Shown here one piece after another: positions 12,500 through 24,855 of a DNA stretch of 64,000 nucleotides. Both the position numbers and the translations under genes were made by a program. Origin of the DNA: Vicugna vicugna (lineage: Eukaryota). Each line of letters starts with the position of its first letter. Within the stretch, counting starts at the first letter, position 1. Below the pieces are notes generated by a model. That model was not told the DNA's origin, made no database searches, and saw nothing but the letters and a program-made list of their open reading frames with translations. Where the stretch lies: positions 2,914,001 to 2,978,000 of the forward strand of contig MU062841.1 of NCBI GenBank assembly GCA_013265495.1, given 5' to 3'.

Positions 12500-13400
12500 A
12501 GCACATCTTAAAAAGAGAGTATATTCAACCAAAGTTGAATGCAAACAAGGTAAGGAAAAGATACACCCATCTCACCTAGATGCAAAAATCCTAAACAGAA
12601 CATTGGTAAATCAAATTTGACAATGTATTGCCATTTTTAAAAATTCACACTGAAATGAATGAGATATATCTCAGGAACCAAGTATGGCTGAATACCAGAA
12701 AAATATTATTTTAATATATCATATGAATAAGTCCAAGGAGAAAATCATCTAATTGTCAAAACAGATGCAGAAAAAGGTTGACAGATTCAATACACCTTCA
12801 TGATAAAAACTCTCAGCACACTTAAAATAGAAGAGAATTTCTTTAACTTTATAAAGAAGATCAATCAAAAACATACAGTAAATGTCATACTTACAGATAA
12901 GACACTCAAAGTAACCCCACTGAAGTCGGAATACCCATTAGCATGGGTTCTATGCATCACCAAATCAGGGGTCATAATCAATGTAATATTGTACATCAGC
13001 TATGCCTCAATAAAAAAATTAAAAATAAAAAAGTATATAGCCTTAAAAAAAACTAGTTGCAAAATTTATAGTATAAGAATTATACATTCACATCTGTGAT
13101 ATAGTCTGACATTTATCTAGAATGTAAACCATACTAAAGAATGCTGCACCATGTGGATAGACAGATAAATACACAAGGAAAGTATAAATGCATGAATGTA
13201 AAATACCCAACATATGACTGTGGTGGCCATCGCTCCAGGGGGACAACAGAGGAAGAGATGTTTAATCTATATTAAAATCTGAAGTCAACAGAGCGTAGTT
13301 TATGATTTTACAAAGCTAGGTGCTCTGAATAGGGTTGTTGGCATCATTCTCTATTCTCTACATATTGGATATATTTCATGATGGAATAAAAAAGAAAAGG
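12500..13400 (+). mobile_element. Degenerate L1M fragments
   Basis: gatgcagaaaaaggttgacagattcaatacaccttcatgataaaaactctcagc is a typical L1 ORF2 remnant. Boundaries approximate. Confidence 0.6.
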
Positions 13401-16400
13401 AGATGAAATGATGTTACTGGCAGATGCTAGGATTATGTAGCAATAGCAAGGGGAAACTGTTAGAACTAATAAAAGAGCTCAGTTAGAGACCAAAAGAAAA
13501 AAAAAAAAAACCAAAAAGCAACAAGATTTCTACTGAATTGCAATAACCTGTGTAAATGCTTGGTGGAGGACCAACAATCTCATTTTCAGTGCCAGCTAAC
13601 TGTGAAATAGTCAGGAAGAGGCTCTACAAGAACTATGCAGGATCTAGATTAAATTACAAAATTTTACCGAGATAGTTTATTAACTCTGAAGCCTGGTGGA
13701 CATTCTATATCAATATTATGACATTCAGATGTGGAATCAGAGGCTTAAACAGATCAGAGGTGGCTCAGCTAGTCATTGACCCATCAAGGCTTGGAACCCA
13801 GTCCCTTAAGCCTTGGCTATTCCCTCAGACCTGGAACCAGAAGGTACACTTAACACATTTCCCACCGTTGGCAGCTTCATGGAGCTTTGCTGCCCGGAAC
13901 ACGCCCACTGCAGCTGAAGAAAATTCTTACTGATGCCCCACGCAAAGGAGCTTTCAACAGTGTGGGGTAGCATTTCACTGGGATGTGTGAAATCAACCTT
14001 CTCTTTTCTAGAAGCACATTTGCTTTGTTTCTCTCTGCTCTCCCTGCCAAGAGTAATGTTCCCCTATGTGTGATAGTCAATAAATAAATAAGTTTATCTA
14101 AATGTTTAATCAGCAAAGTGTGGATAAAGTCAAAGGGGGAATACTGGCACGAATGGGGAAAATGCTCCACCCAAGCCAGAGAACGTCAATTTAATGTTCC
14201 GAAGGGGCTCAGGGTTTCCAAAGATGAGGTGTTTTCCAGTTTATGACCACCAGATGACAGCATAACTCAAGAAAAGAAATGGAAAGCAGCAAAGAAAAGG
14301 TTCAAGTCCTTAGATCAGTTTCAAAGTTTCTTAATCTTATGAAAAACATCCTTTTTATCCAAACAAATCGCTGGGGGTAAAAATTATGGGCTTCAAGTAA
14401 TGGTGGTTGTATTTTTAGTATCCGTTGGTTAAAAATATATATATACAACAAATTAAAATTAGCTCGTTGAAACTTTTGAAGGCAATTTATACTTTAGTCA
14501 TCACACGAAAACGTTCACACACATTTGAAACACAGGAACATGGCAGAATATCTCTGTGTGCAGAATTTTTACACCCAGTCCCAGACAATCCTTGGCCTGC
14601 CGAGGCATCCCCAGACTCTTGACAATAACTCTATGGTCCCTGGGGTCCTGGGTCCACAGAGGAGACTCCCCCCGCCACCTTCATCAAGCCTGGCTTCCTC
14701 CTCACTCTCACCTGGCAGCTTGCTGAAAGCTTTGGGAGGCTTGGACCTTTTCAAAGGACAGGACGGACCAAAAGTTTCCACTTTGTGCATAGCTAAGCCT
14801 TAGAATGCCAAAACCTACCTGTTAAAAATCATAACGGCTCTGGCATTGAGATCAACTTTTTAACGCAGAAAATACCATGTAAAACAGGGCCTGGGAGAAC
14901 GGAGAGTTTCCCAATGAGACAATATTTGCAGTCGTCAAGGGAACGGGACTGGACTCCGAACACGTGAACTGAATGAGAGACAGTTCTATCTATGTTCACT
15001 GTGTGATCTGGGCAAACCACTCAGCCTCTCTAAGCTTCCGTTTCCCCACCTGGAAAACAGAAGGCACCTTCCTAGCCTCCTGGAGTTGCTGTGGGGGTCT
15101 AACGAGATGGGCTGGGAGAGGCACTTCAGGCAGAGCCTAGCACACAGACGCTGGTCCTGTATTACCAGTAATGTTGGCTGTCCTCATTGTTACTAGCGTA
15201 GTTGTCAGCATCATTACTGTCACTGTTGTTACTAACACCACACCAGAGCATCACTGAACACTGGGAGTTTCATAGACAAGGTTTCTTTTGCTGAATTCAT
15301 CTCTGCAAGGAGTAACATCATACCATGGGTGACATCCAGCCATCCATAATGTCCCTTAAGTTTCAACATTTTCAGAGCATTCTAATAAAGAAAAACATTT
15401 CTCTCTTGGCTTATACTGAAGAGCCCTGACAGGGAGAAATCCTGGGGGCACTGCTACCACCACCAACCACTAGCCTTGAAGCTTTCAACCCTGGAGTGGT
15501 CAGTCTCAGCAGATTCCACTGACTCTGGAGTGTCTCCACCGAGGGTGTGTGCACATGTGGGCCATGAGTGTGCAGATGTCTGTGACTGAGCCTCAGCTTT
15601 TTAAAAAAATCATCTGAGAGTCTGAATTCTATGTCCACTGATACTGGGTCCTAACTTTCCTCCACTCGAGTTCTCATATTTGTAGCAATAATATTCCTGT
15701 TTTCATTTCACACTTTCTTTCTCACCCTAAATAACAGTGAATATTTGCTAAGGTCTGGCCCGTGAGAGCCATATGGACTAGAATGCAGAAGGCACGCTCC
15801 TTGGACTTCACCCGGAAGTACACTCTTTTCCCATCATGGCTAACAGCCATGGGAGGGGCCACCTCCCTCAGATACGGAGCTGGGTGCAGGCTGGGGAGGC
15901 GGAACCCGCACTGGAGGAGAGAATCCGTGGTGATAATTCTCGCACACAGAGGCGTCAGCTAAGGGGCAGTTTACAGCACTGACACTGAACTGTCTGGGCT
16001 GTGGTGTTCCTGGTGCATCACACCCTCACCCGAACCAGTGAACTTGCTACGTATAATTCAAGAAAGGAAACAGCAGAGGTGAAAATGCTCAGCTTAGTGG
16101 GTAACGTGGCCTGGGGGAAACTCTGTCCTGCCCTGAACCGTCTGGGGGCCTTCAAAGGGCGACCGGGAAGAGGCAGTCTGAGAGCCCAACAGGCTGCACT
16201 GGCCACCGCAATGCCCCAGGAGTAGAAAGAGGAGGAGCCACACAGGTGGAGGAGGATGCAGGCAGGACTTCCCTAACACTCCACTCATCTTTCCCCCCGA
16301 AGAACATCAATATTCTTGATGGCAATGGGCTATGCCGATCGACCCTGGGAAGTAGTATTAGATAAAAGAATAACATGTTATACAGCCTCTGGACTTGCTT

Positions 16401-16817
16401 CTGGAGAAGCATCCAGAATCAAAGAAAAAGCTCAACCACCAGGCTGCGAGTTGGCGCAGGACCTCAGCGGTGAGAGCTCTGGGCCCTCTCTCCAAGCAGG
16501 CACCACTGAGGGGCTATGGCTCTCTGTGCACCACCATTTAAGGTGCGAGGTCTCAGGAAAGATGGGCTGGTTAACCCTCCCTGTAGGAATCGACCATAGC
16601 CAGGATGACCTGTGCTGTGGGGGACAGCACAGGACAGACGGAGCCACCAGGGGCACTGCCGAGTCTCCGGCATCCGGACTAAGTTGCCATGCTCCACCAG
16701 CCTTGGAGCTCACTTCTCCACCATGTTGAACTCTTATCTTCCCAATGGCTCTCTCCCCAAGACAGTCCCCGCAGATGGTCACCCTGACCTGAGGAAAGTC
16801 CTTGGTCTCCCACTTAC

Positions 16818-16982
16818 TTGTCATTCACGAGTTTCCCGTGCTGGTGAATCTGATTTTCCATTGTGAAGTTGATTGTGGCGCCGTACACGTGCTCATCAGA
16901 AAATACCTTCATCTTGGACTTATATTCTTCATCTTGAAAATATCGGATCATATCAGGGAACCACACTATCAGTCCGTAGTAA
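16818..16982 (-). CDS. SV2B: SV2B exon 9, 165 nt (start of luminal domain 4)
   Basis: Read manually. TTCCAG|T TAC TAC: YYGLIVWFPDMIRYFQDEEYKSKMKVFSDEHVYGATINFTMENQIHQHGKLVNDK, with the N441-F-T sequon. Donor AA|GTAAGT. Confidence 0.97.
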
Positions 16983-17049
16983 CTGGAACAGAGAAGACAG
17001 AATATTCAAGCAGCAACGTGATCAGAGTCTGCATTCCTGACGGCTGTAA

Positions 17050-18180
17050 ATCAAGCTCATTTTAAATGTATTGATACGGTCCATTTGAAAATCTAATAAT
17101 ATAACTCATATTAATGATCTAAGGAAAAAAGATCATATTAATGGATCTAAGGGAAAAAAATCACAACCATCTCCATAGATGCTAAAAAAGGCATTTGATT
17201 TTTAAAAAACCAACATTCATTCTTGATTAAAAAAAAAGAAAAAAACAGTTAGATTAGGAATTGATGGCCACTTTTTAGCATATAAGAAAATACACCTCAG
17301 TTCTAAGGGCAGACTCTTACTTAATGGGAAAACATATCTCCACTAATATCGGCGACAAGACCGGGACACACACTATCACCACTACCGTTGAACACTGTAC
17401 TGTAGGTCTTAGCTAACTCAGCTAGACAAAAGAATATAGAAATACAAAGTTGCAAAGTGGGAAGGAAAGCTATCTCTGTTTGCAAATGATATGATTTTAT
17501 ACCTGAAAACTCAAGATCACCAACTCAAAAAAAAAATGGCCATTAAACATAAAAAAGGTGCTCAGTCCCACTCATAGTAAGAAACAGGCAAATTAAAACC
17601 ATAGTGTGTTAGCGTTCTCGCCTACCAGACTGCCAGAACCTTAAGTTTGCCAAAACACTGTGTGAGGCTATAGGTAAACAGGGGCTTTCATAGATTGCTG
17701 GAAAAAGGACAAACTTTTACAATACCCCATGGAGGAGAATTGCTCAATGCCTAAAACAATTACTGATGGATGTATTCCCTTTGACTCCATAATCCCATTT
17801 CTAGGAATCTATTGCACTCATAAACCTGCCCAGTGCAAAGCAGCCTACAACCAGTTACTCGTTGCGCCATTGTTTGCAACAGCAGAAGTCTGCAAACTCC
17901 CCAGCAGTCTGGCAACAGGCCCTGGCTGAATAAAACGTGGTGCTGTCCTGTGTGGTGCTATGCACACACCCGACGCCACGGTAAAGAGGACAGGGAAACC
18001 CCGATTTACTGGTATGAGAAAGCTCCAGAATACGTGGATGCATGCAAAAAGATGCAAAACTGCTTTCTTGCAGTTTCTTTGCATAAGAAAATGATGACGA
18101 AATTTGTAAATATATTCATTTACAGAATTTGCAAAAAGGAACACTGGAATGATAAAGAGGGAGAAAAAAGATAATTCTGC
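17050..18180 (+). mobile_element. Degenerate L1ME-like fragments (ORF2 remnant and 3' region)
   Basis: atctccatagatgctaaaaaaggcatttga..., ttgactccataatcccatttctaggaatctatt. Contains a ~27-bp tandem duplication at 17107-17161. Confidence 0.6.
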
Positions 18181-19482
18181 AGAAGAGGCAGAAGGGAATA
18201 GGTGGGAGGGAGGAAGGGACGCCAGATGTCTCTGTGGTTTCAACATTTGAAATGCATCGCCCATCCAACAAAATTAAATTAGACACATGCAAATATGAGG
18301 AAAACATATCTGAAAACTGTCAGTGAATTGGATCCTCGTGTTTACCACTTTGGGCTTCCGAAATGCCCTCTCCTTGCTTAGCTGGAACAGGTGGAGGGGA
18401 GCAGGGTTCCTCTCTACCTTCACCTGCCTGGGTCTCCATGAATAGGCATTAGAAGACATTTGGTAAGATACTGGGAGAAGTAGATCTCCCCATGTTCCTC
18501 CCATAATCAAAGAGGTCTCTAGAGCTGATTTAATTTCCTGGGCTGAGGGAGTGTGCCTTTGAACAAAGTAATTTCATAGAGGGAGGTTTAAAATCTCACT
18601 GAAAGTTCCTAGTTGATAACAGCAATTTATCAAGCACTTATTATGTGCCAGAAACGATTGCAAGTACTATTTATAGACAGTAAAACAGCCTCATAATGCT
18701 GGAAGTGGGCCTCAAAACTTGCCAAGAAAGAAGGGTCATGCTATTTGGATGTGAATCAAAATGATTGGGGTGAGAGCCTACTGTTTAAGAGTGGAGCCAG
18801 TTCATCACCAATTGTGTTATATGTAATTTTCTTTACTGTCGGGCACATTATTGCAAAGCTTCACCGTTTTATCCATGTAATGTTCACAATGACACTGACG
18901 GCTGCCCACTCAGCACTCATTCCTGGATTCTTCCTTGGGAACAGGGAGTTGATTTTGTTTGGATTCTCCAGAGAGTTAATGGTATCGTCAGCTGACAGGC
19001 AAACCCTGATTTGTCTAAAATCACTGGGAAAGCACATCCCTTTCACAGGTGATTAGTTTAGCCCCAGGTGTGTGACGCACATCTGGATAACATAACGGCA
19101 GAGGAGAGGGTGCTGGGGCCTTCTGAGAAAGGTTTCCTTGCTGTTAAAAAGTGAAACTCAGAGAAAGGCAGGCTCTTCCTCACAGGGACACTTTTCCGTG
19201 TCTACAGGACCTCAAGAACAACTCAGGCATCTTGGGCATCTTGCCATTGGATGACGAGTAGCCTGAGGCTGAAACGCCCCCTGAAGCCTGCCTCCCTGTG
19301 GAATTCTTATTACAAAGTGTAAGAAATCTATGTTGCAGAAGCCACTAGAGTGGGTCGCCTGTTACAGCCCAAAGCATCCAATCTGACACAGACTCTGTGA
19401 ATTAGAACCGACTGTAACCCTCAATGCATAGACGAGGCATCTGAAGCACAGGGAAACTGATGAACTTTAAGATAGAACTTAC

Positions 19483-19571
19483 CTTAAAGCCATGGTGAAC
19501 CAGACCACGGCCAGAATCAGCGTGTTCATCCTGTAAGGCCCCATCACACAGTACAGGGCATTTTCCCAGAC
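19483..19571 (-). CDS. SV2B: SV2B exon 8, 89 nt
   Basis: Read manually. TTATAG|GTC: VWENALYCVMGPYRMNTLILAVVWFTMALS. Donor AG|GTAAGT. Confidence 0.97.
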
Positions 19572-19646
19572 CTATAACCCAGAGCAGAGACGGGCTATCA
19601 AAGGCAGAAACTTGTAACTTGGAAGAGCTCATTTTTAAGATTTTCT

Positions 19647-19846
19647 TTTTTTTTTAATTGAAGTATAGTCGTTTCACAATGTTGTGTTGATGTCTGATGC
19701 AGTGATTCAGTTACACATATATATATTCCTTTTCATACTCTTTTTCATTACTGGCTATTATAAGGAATTGAATAATAGTTCCCTGTGCTATACGGTAAGT
19801 CCTTGTTTATCTATTTTATATATAGTGCAGATACTAACTACTATAT
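19647..19846 (-). mobile_element. Short L1 3'-end insertion with 17-bp TSD and 20-bp 5' inversion
   Basis: Poly(T), then antisense L1 3' end. TSD CATTTTTAAG(A/G)TTTTCT at 19630-19646 and 19847-19863. The segment gcagatactaactactatat (19827-19846) is in the opposite orientation. Confidence 0.85.
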
Positions 19847-20620
19847 CATTTTTAAGGTTTTCTAATAAGTTGCCTAGGAACCATGGAGACAAGGAGCAAT
19901 GATTATCTCCCAGAGGCAGCAATTCTGCTCAGATAACAAGGAAAGCTTCTTCTCTTCTCACCGGCTGGTCTCAACCTCCCATAGCATCTGGGAACACAGC
20001 AGTGCTCCATGCATGTGACAAAAGCACACCGAGTGGGGATTTCTAGGCACTGAATAACTTTGAGTGCAGAGCTCTGCTCCCCGCCTGTAGGAATGGGTCA
20101 CATTCCAAACATTTAACCACCAGACACGAAGGAGGTCATCCAGTCTCAGCAGACTCTGGCCGCTGGCTGCCTCGGTGCTCAGCAGCTGATTTGCCTCATA
20201 GGAGCCACTTCCCTGGAGAAGCAGCCTTGCCCTTCGTGAAGATGTTCTCAGAAATCACCAACAGCCCTATGGAGTCACTTCATTCACCCGCTCCTTTCTT
20301 CCTATGGATTATTTAAAGAGAATTTGCTAGAGAGAAGGATATTGACTCAGACTAGACATTGCACCTCCATTCAACATCCCTGCCTTGAGAAAGAAAAGCA
20401 AAGAAAAGAAACTAGGGTTTACAGAGTCTGTGGCTCAAGGGCTCACAGCGAGTGAGAGGCAGGTGTGGGCTGGGACCCGAACAACCCCACCCAAGGTTGC
20501 TTGCTGCCCATCACACTGCCTTGGGTTGGTGGGCATGTCCGAGAGCTCTATTCTTCATCCACTGATGTAACAGATTTCCATAGAGCCTCCCTCTCACCCA
20601 CCACACGTCACCAATCATAC

Positions 20621-20731
20621 CTGCTTAAAAGTGGTCTTGAATCTGACTAGCCAGCGCTGGTACCAAGTTCCTGTTGAACTTTGGATCTCAATGAATTCGT
20701 CCATTTGCTTGGGCGTTTTAATGTTGCAAAC
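20621..20731 (-). CDS. SV2B: SV2B exon 7, 111 nt
   Basis: Not in the ORF track; read manually. TTATAG|GTT: VCNIKTPKQMDEFIEIQSSTGTWYQRWLVRFKTTFKQ. Donor CAG|GTATGA. Confidence 0.97.
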
Positions 20732-21120
20732 CTATAAAGCAAAGACAGTCGAGAGAATCTTAATCCCGCTTACTTTGTGTCCGACGTTTCAGTGTTTCGT
20801 TTAAGGCAACTACTGAATTCATTGACTTCTTGAGGGCTAGAGGGGCCTTTGGTGACCCTCTAGTTCAGTGATTTTTAACCAAAAATGCACATAGCATCTC
20901 TTGGGGGGGGGTGTCTTTCTCAGGTGGATATGTCCCATTGCAGACAAAATGAATCAGGGGCTTTTCACTCCGTTATGGCTCTGGGAAACTAGTGGGTCAT
21001 AATACACTGAATTCCTGTTTTTATCTGATTTGCCTACAGTAGCGTTGACTCCACCTTAAAATTCACAGGTCTATCCGCATTAATATCACAGAAACCTAGA
21101 ACCCATGTAGGTAACAGTGC

Positions 21121-21122
21121 GT

Positions 21123-21158
<36 letters not shown>
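21121..21158 (+). repeat. (GT)n microsatellite, ~19 units with one AT
   Basis: Seen directly. Confidence 0.95.
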
Positions 21159-21160
<2 letters not shown>

Positions 21161-21229
21161 TAGGAGAGGAGGTTTGCTCTGTAAGACATTTTGAAAATAC
21201 AGCAGAATAAAAGACATTGTGTCCTCCAT

Positions 21230-21590
21230 NNNNNNNNNNNNNNNNNNNNNNNNNNNNNNNNNNNNNNNNNNNNNNNNNNNNNNNNNNNNNNNNNNNNNNN
21301 NNNNNNNNNNNNNNNNNNNNNNNNNNNNNNNNNNNNNNNNNNNNNNNNNNNNNNNNNNNNNNNNNNNNNACGATCCAACTGATATAAAATGGGCAGAGGC
21401 GCTGAACAGATAGTTTTCCAAAGAGGACACANNNNNNNNNNNNNNNNNNNNNNNNNNNNNNNNNNNNNNNNNNNNNNNNNNNNNNNNNNNNNNNNNNNNN
21501 NNNNNNNNNNNNNNNNNNNNNNNNNNNNNNNNNNNNNNNNNNNNNNNNNNNNNNNNNNNNNNNNNNNNNNNNNNNNNNNNNNNNNNNNNN
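21230..21590. other. Two assembly gaps (21230-21369, 21432-21590) around a 62-bp L1 ORF2 island
   Basis: The island translates to DPTDIKWAEALNR, similar to the L1 ORF2 C-terminal KWAKDLNRHF region. Confidence 0.9.
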
Positions 21591-22395
21591 TTGTGCACTG
21601 CTGGTGAGGATGTAATTGGTGCAGTCACTATGGGAAATAGTATGGAGTCTCCTCAAAAAATTAAAAATAGAGCTACCCTACAATCCAGCAATCCCACTTC
21701 TGGGTATTTATCCAAAGGAAATGAAAACACTAAATCAAAAAGATATCTGCCCTTTCAGGTTCACTGCAGCATTATTTATAAAAATAAAAATATAGAAACT
21801 CTTGATAGATGAATGGATAAAGAAGATGTGATACACACACACACACACACACGCACACACAGTGGAATACTACTCAGGCATAAAAAGGATGAAATATTGC
21901 TATTTGCAGCAATGTGGATGGACCTAGAGAATTTTACTCTAAGTGAAATAAGTCAGCCAGAGAAAGATGAATATTGTAATGATCTCACTTAATACATGGA
22001 ATCAAACAAACAAACAAAACAAAACAGAACACCAAGCTCATAGAGACAGAGAGCAGATTGGTAGTTGTCAGAGGGGTGGGGGTGTCGGGGTGGATGAAAT
22101 GGGTGAAAGGGGTCAAAACGTACAAACTTTCAGTTATAAAATAGGTCATGGGAATGTAATGTACAGCATGGTGACTATAGTTAATAACATTGTATTCATT
22201 ATTTGAAAGTTGCTAAGAAAGTAAATCTTAAAAGTCTTCATCACAAGAAAAAAAATTTTTTGTAACTAGATGTGGTGACAAATGGTGACTAGACTTATTG
22301 TGGTGATCATTTTTCACTGTATACAAATATTGAATCATTATGTGATACATAACTAATATAACGTTATATGTAAATTTAACCTCAATTTTTAAAAA
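21370..22395 (+). mobile_element. L1 (L1MA/MB-like) ORF2 end and 3' UTR, partly in gaps
   Basis: gcactgctggtgaggatgtaattggtgcagtcactatgg...atccagcaatcccacttctgggtatttatcc...ctaagtgaaataagtcag..., with an internal (CA)n at ~21833-21860. Confidence 0.85.
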
Positions 22396-23585
22396 TAGAG
22401 AGAGTGAGAAATTGTATCCTCCTTGCTACCCCTGATTTTACTGGTGGAAATCAAAGAACTAGTGGGTGGGGATAAGACTGTGTATCTCAGGACTCCCCCA
22501 AGGGCCCTGGAAAGTGTTGATTTGGCCAACGCCACAAGTAGCCCCAACGCTCAATCCTGACTCACCGACAGTGATTCTCAGCTTAATCAATGTTTAAAAC
22601 AACCACTGAATGCCATAACTAACCATCATGTCAAGGAGACTCCTGACCATACAAACTCTTAGCCAATTTATCAAGGTTCGTGCATGCAGACCAATTCAGA
22701 GGCAAACGGAAGAATGTATTCAAAAAAATTCAAAAACAGTTTCACCTCCTCCAACAAACCTTCCTTCTAGGGAGAAAAGGCTTTAGTCATAAGAGTGTCT
22801 CCATCATTTTCTTCAGCCCAAGGACTGAGACTGTGAGGAGACAAAGGAAGAGACGAAAGATGGGGCTGGATATCCGCAGGGGAATATACAGTCCCCGAAT
22901 TGGGGGCAATTGGCTCATTAATTCCCAAGCACTGAGCCTAGGATGGATTGACTTTGTTTTTCTAAACCCTGAGAACAGTGGTTCTTAAATTCTTGGGAGG
23001 GCAGGATACCCCTTTAAGAATCTGGCAGATGCACAGGCAGGTACCTAAGCATGCCGCAATGCCTTTCCCAGCCCTTCCCAGCCGTGTGGCCTTTGCAAAT
23101 GCTCTTCTGCTTGGATCAGACAGGGATGCAGGAGAGGGAACACAGCAGGCTCTGCAGGGGGACTCTTGGCTGGAGCTGGTCCTCGTGTGATGAGATACCC
23201 CAGGGAGACCAAGAACCCAACTGCAGCCACAAGAGGCCAGGGGGCAGGTTGACTCCAAATTAGGAAGCACCTTAAGAATCACACTCAGATGCAAATGTCT
23301 TTTCTTTGCTCCTGGGGAAAATAATAGGCTATTCCCTAGGGATGGGGGAGTGGGTGTGTTGACAACTTCAAGCACAATTACTCTAATTTACAATTAACTA
23401 GGATGCTTGTCTCTGCTTCAGTCTAAATTAGAATATGGCCTGTGTTGGGCCCAGCCCTGCAGAACACTGGGTACGCAGGGGAATATTTCAACTCCTTCCC
23501 CTTCCAAAGGTTTTACAGGCATACCTGCCGTCGGGCAGTTCAGAAGCTTGTGCGGCAGTGAATGGGGTTGGTGAAACCTCGGCTC

Positions 23586-24115
23586 TGCAGGGGAGGGAGA
23601 AGTGTCCTCCACCCTCTGGGGCTCCCTGGCTGGGTCTCAAAGTTAAACTGGCAAAACAGATTAACAGGAGAAAAGCACCCGCATTTTACTGAATTTTTAC
23701 ATGTCCATGGGAGCCTTCACAAGACAATGAAGCCCCAGAGAAGGGACCAGAGCAGAAAGCTTTTCTACCTTTTAGATAAACAGTAATTTGTCAAGAGTTG
23801 ACAAGACAAAGGGGTTTGGACTGGGGTGAACCACTGGTGAAGAAGTAACTAAGAGGATAAGGGTTAGTTTAACAAGGTTTGTTTATACAGCCTTCTTGGC
23901 CCTAGGCTCCCCACCACTGGTCAGAAGAACGTCTTCTTTCCTCCTGGTGCGAGGAGGGCACTTTTCACTTGGGAGATTTATGCCCTGTTTCAGGGAAGAA
24001 GGGCTAGTTGGGGAAGGTCAGAGTGACCTTCTGCTGTTTTCTCAAACTCCTTCAGCTTAAAATAGTCAATACGCCAAGGTACATATTTGGGGGTAGCAGG
24101 TCCTGAACCCCAGCA
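23586..24115 (-). mobile_element. ERV1-class solo LTR (MER34/MER39-like), 530 bp
   Basis: Minus strand starts TGCTGGGGTTCAGGACCTGCTACCCCAAATATG and ends CTCCCTGCA (TG...CA). Perfect 4-bp TSD GCTC at 23582-23585 and 24116-24119. Confidence 0.85.
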
Positions 24116-24499
24116 GCTCAAAGGTGGAAATGAGGAGGGCCACATCCAGGGCTCCCTGTGAACTCCAACAGCCTGGCCTCCCCTAAGCCCTTCCTCCAGG
24201 CTGCTGAGTGTGCTTACTGTCAGAGCAGGCACATAACTAGGTATGAGCAGAGAAAGGGGGACGCAGGACAAATGGCAGGGCAAAAAGGCGGGGCACGGGG
24301 CCAAATGCAGGAAACCCTACAACAGGCAAACACCAGGGGTCCCTGGGCAGAGAAGGAAAAGCAGGAACCTCTGGGTCATACCTTTTGGGGTGATAAGTGG
24401 CCTAGAGGCCGACAAAAAAAGGTGGGAAAAGGCAGGAATCTCCAGTGTCTGAGTGTAACTTTTTGCTCATTCATGCCCTCATTTCAATAAAATTAGCCT

Positions 24500-24855
24500 T
24501 ATGTGAAGTTCCCCTCATGCACCGATGCCATGACACTTCCGATCCAGACTAAATAAGGACAAAAATCCCTCCTCCCTTTGGGAAGGTGGAGCTGGGATGA
24601 TAATCAGGAATATGACCCCAAACCCTTTCCTCCCCAGTGAATATTCTGAGCGTTCATTTTTGCACTGTATGTAACCAACTTGCCAAAGAAACTCAGGGCA
24701 GCCGCTCAGCTGAGCCTGCCCGCTTTCCCCTTGAGAGTGTACTATCCATCCCTTAATACGTCCCCACTTTACTTTCTTAACCTCCGTGTCTTGTCTCTGA
24801 AGTCTTTCTGGGATGGGACAAGAACTCGGACACCCTTTACATCTACAAGCAACGC
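24500..24855 (+). mobile_element. Possible second ERV1 LTR fragment
   Basis: U5-like tgtcttgtctctgaagtctttctgggatgggacaagaactcggac and a degenerate poly(A) signal (ttaatacg). Boundaries uncertain. Confidence 0.4.

Noticed and set aside
14247-14260. CTCF-like motif CCACCAGATGACAG
   Set aside because: Mismatch at the conserved GGC core (GAC); cannot be supported without ChIP or conservation data.
16622-16640. REST/NRSE-like CAGCACAGGACAG
   Set aside because: Half-site spacing and flanks deviate from TTCAGCACCNNGGACAGCGCC. No canonical RE1 was found in the window.
21034-21656. Long ORFs spanning N runs (also 11101-11313 and 49377-50022)
   Set aside because: Artefacts of translating through gaps and (CA)n repeats.
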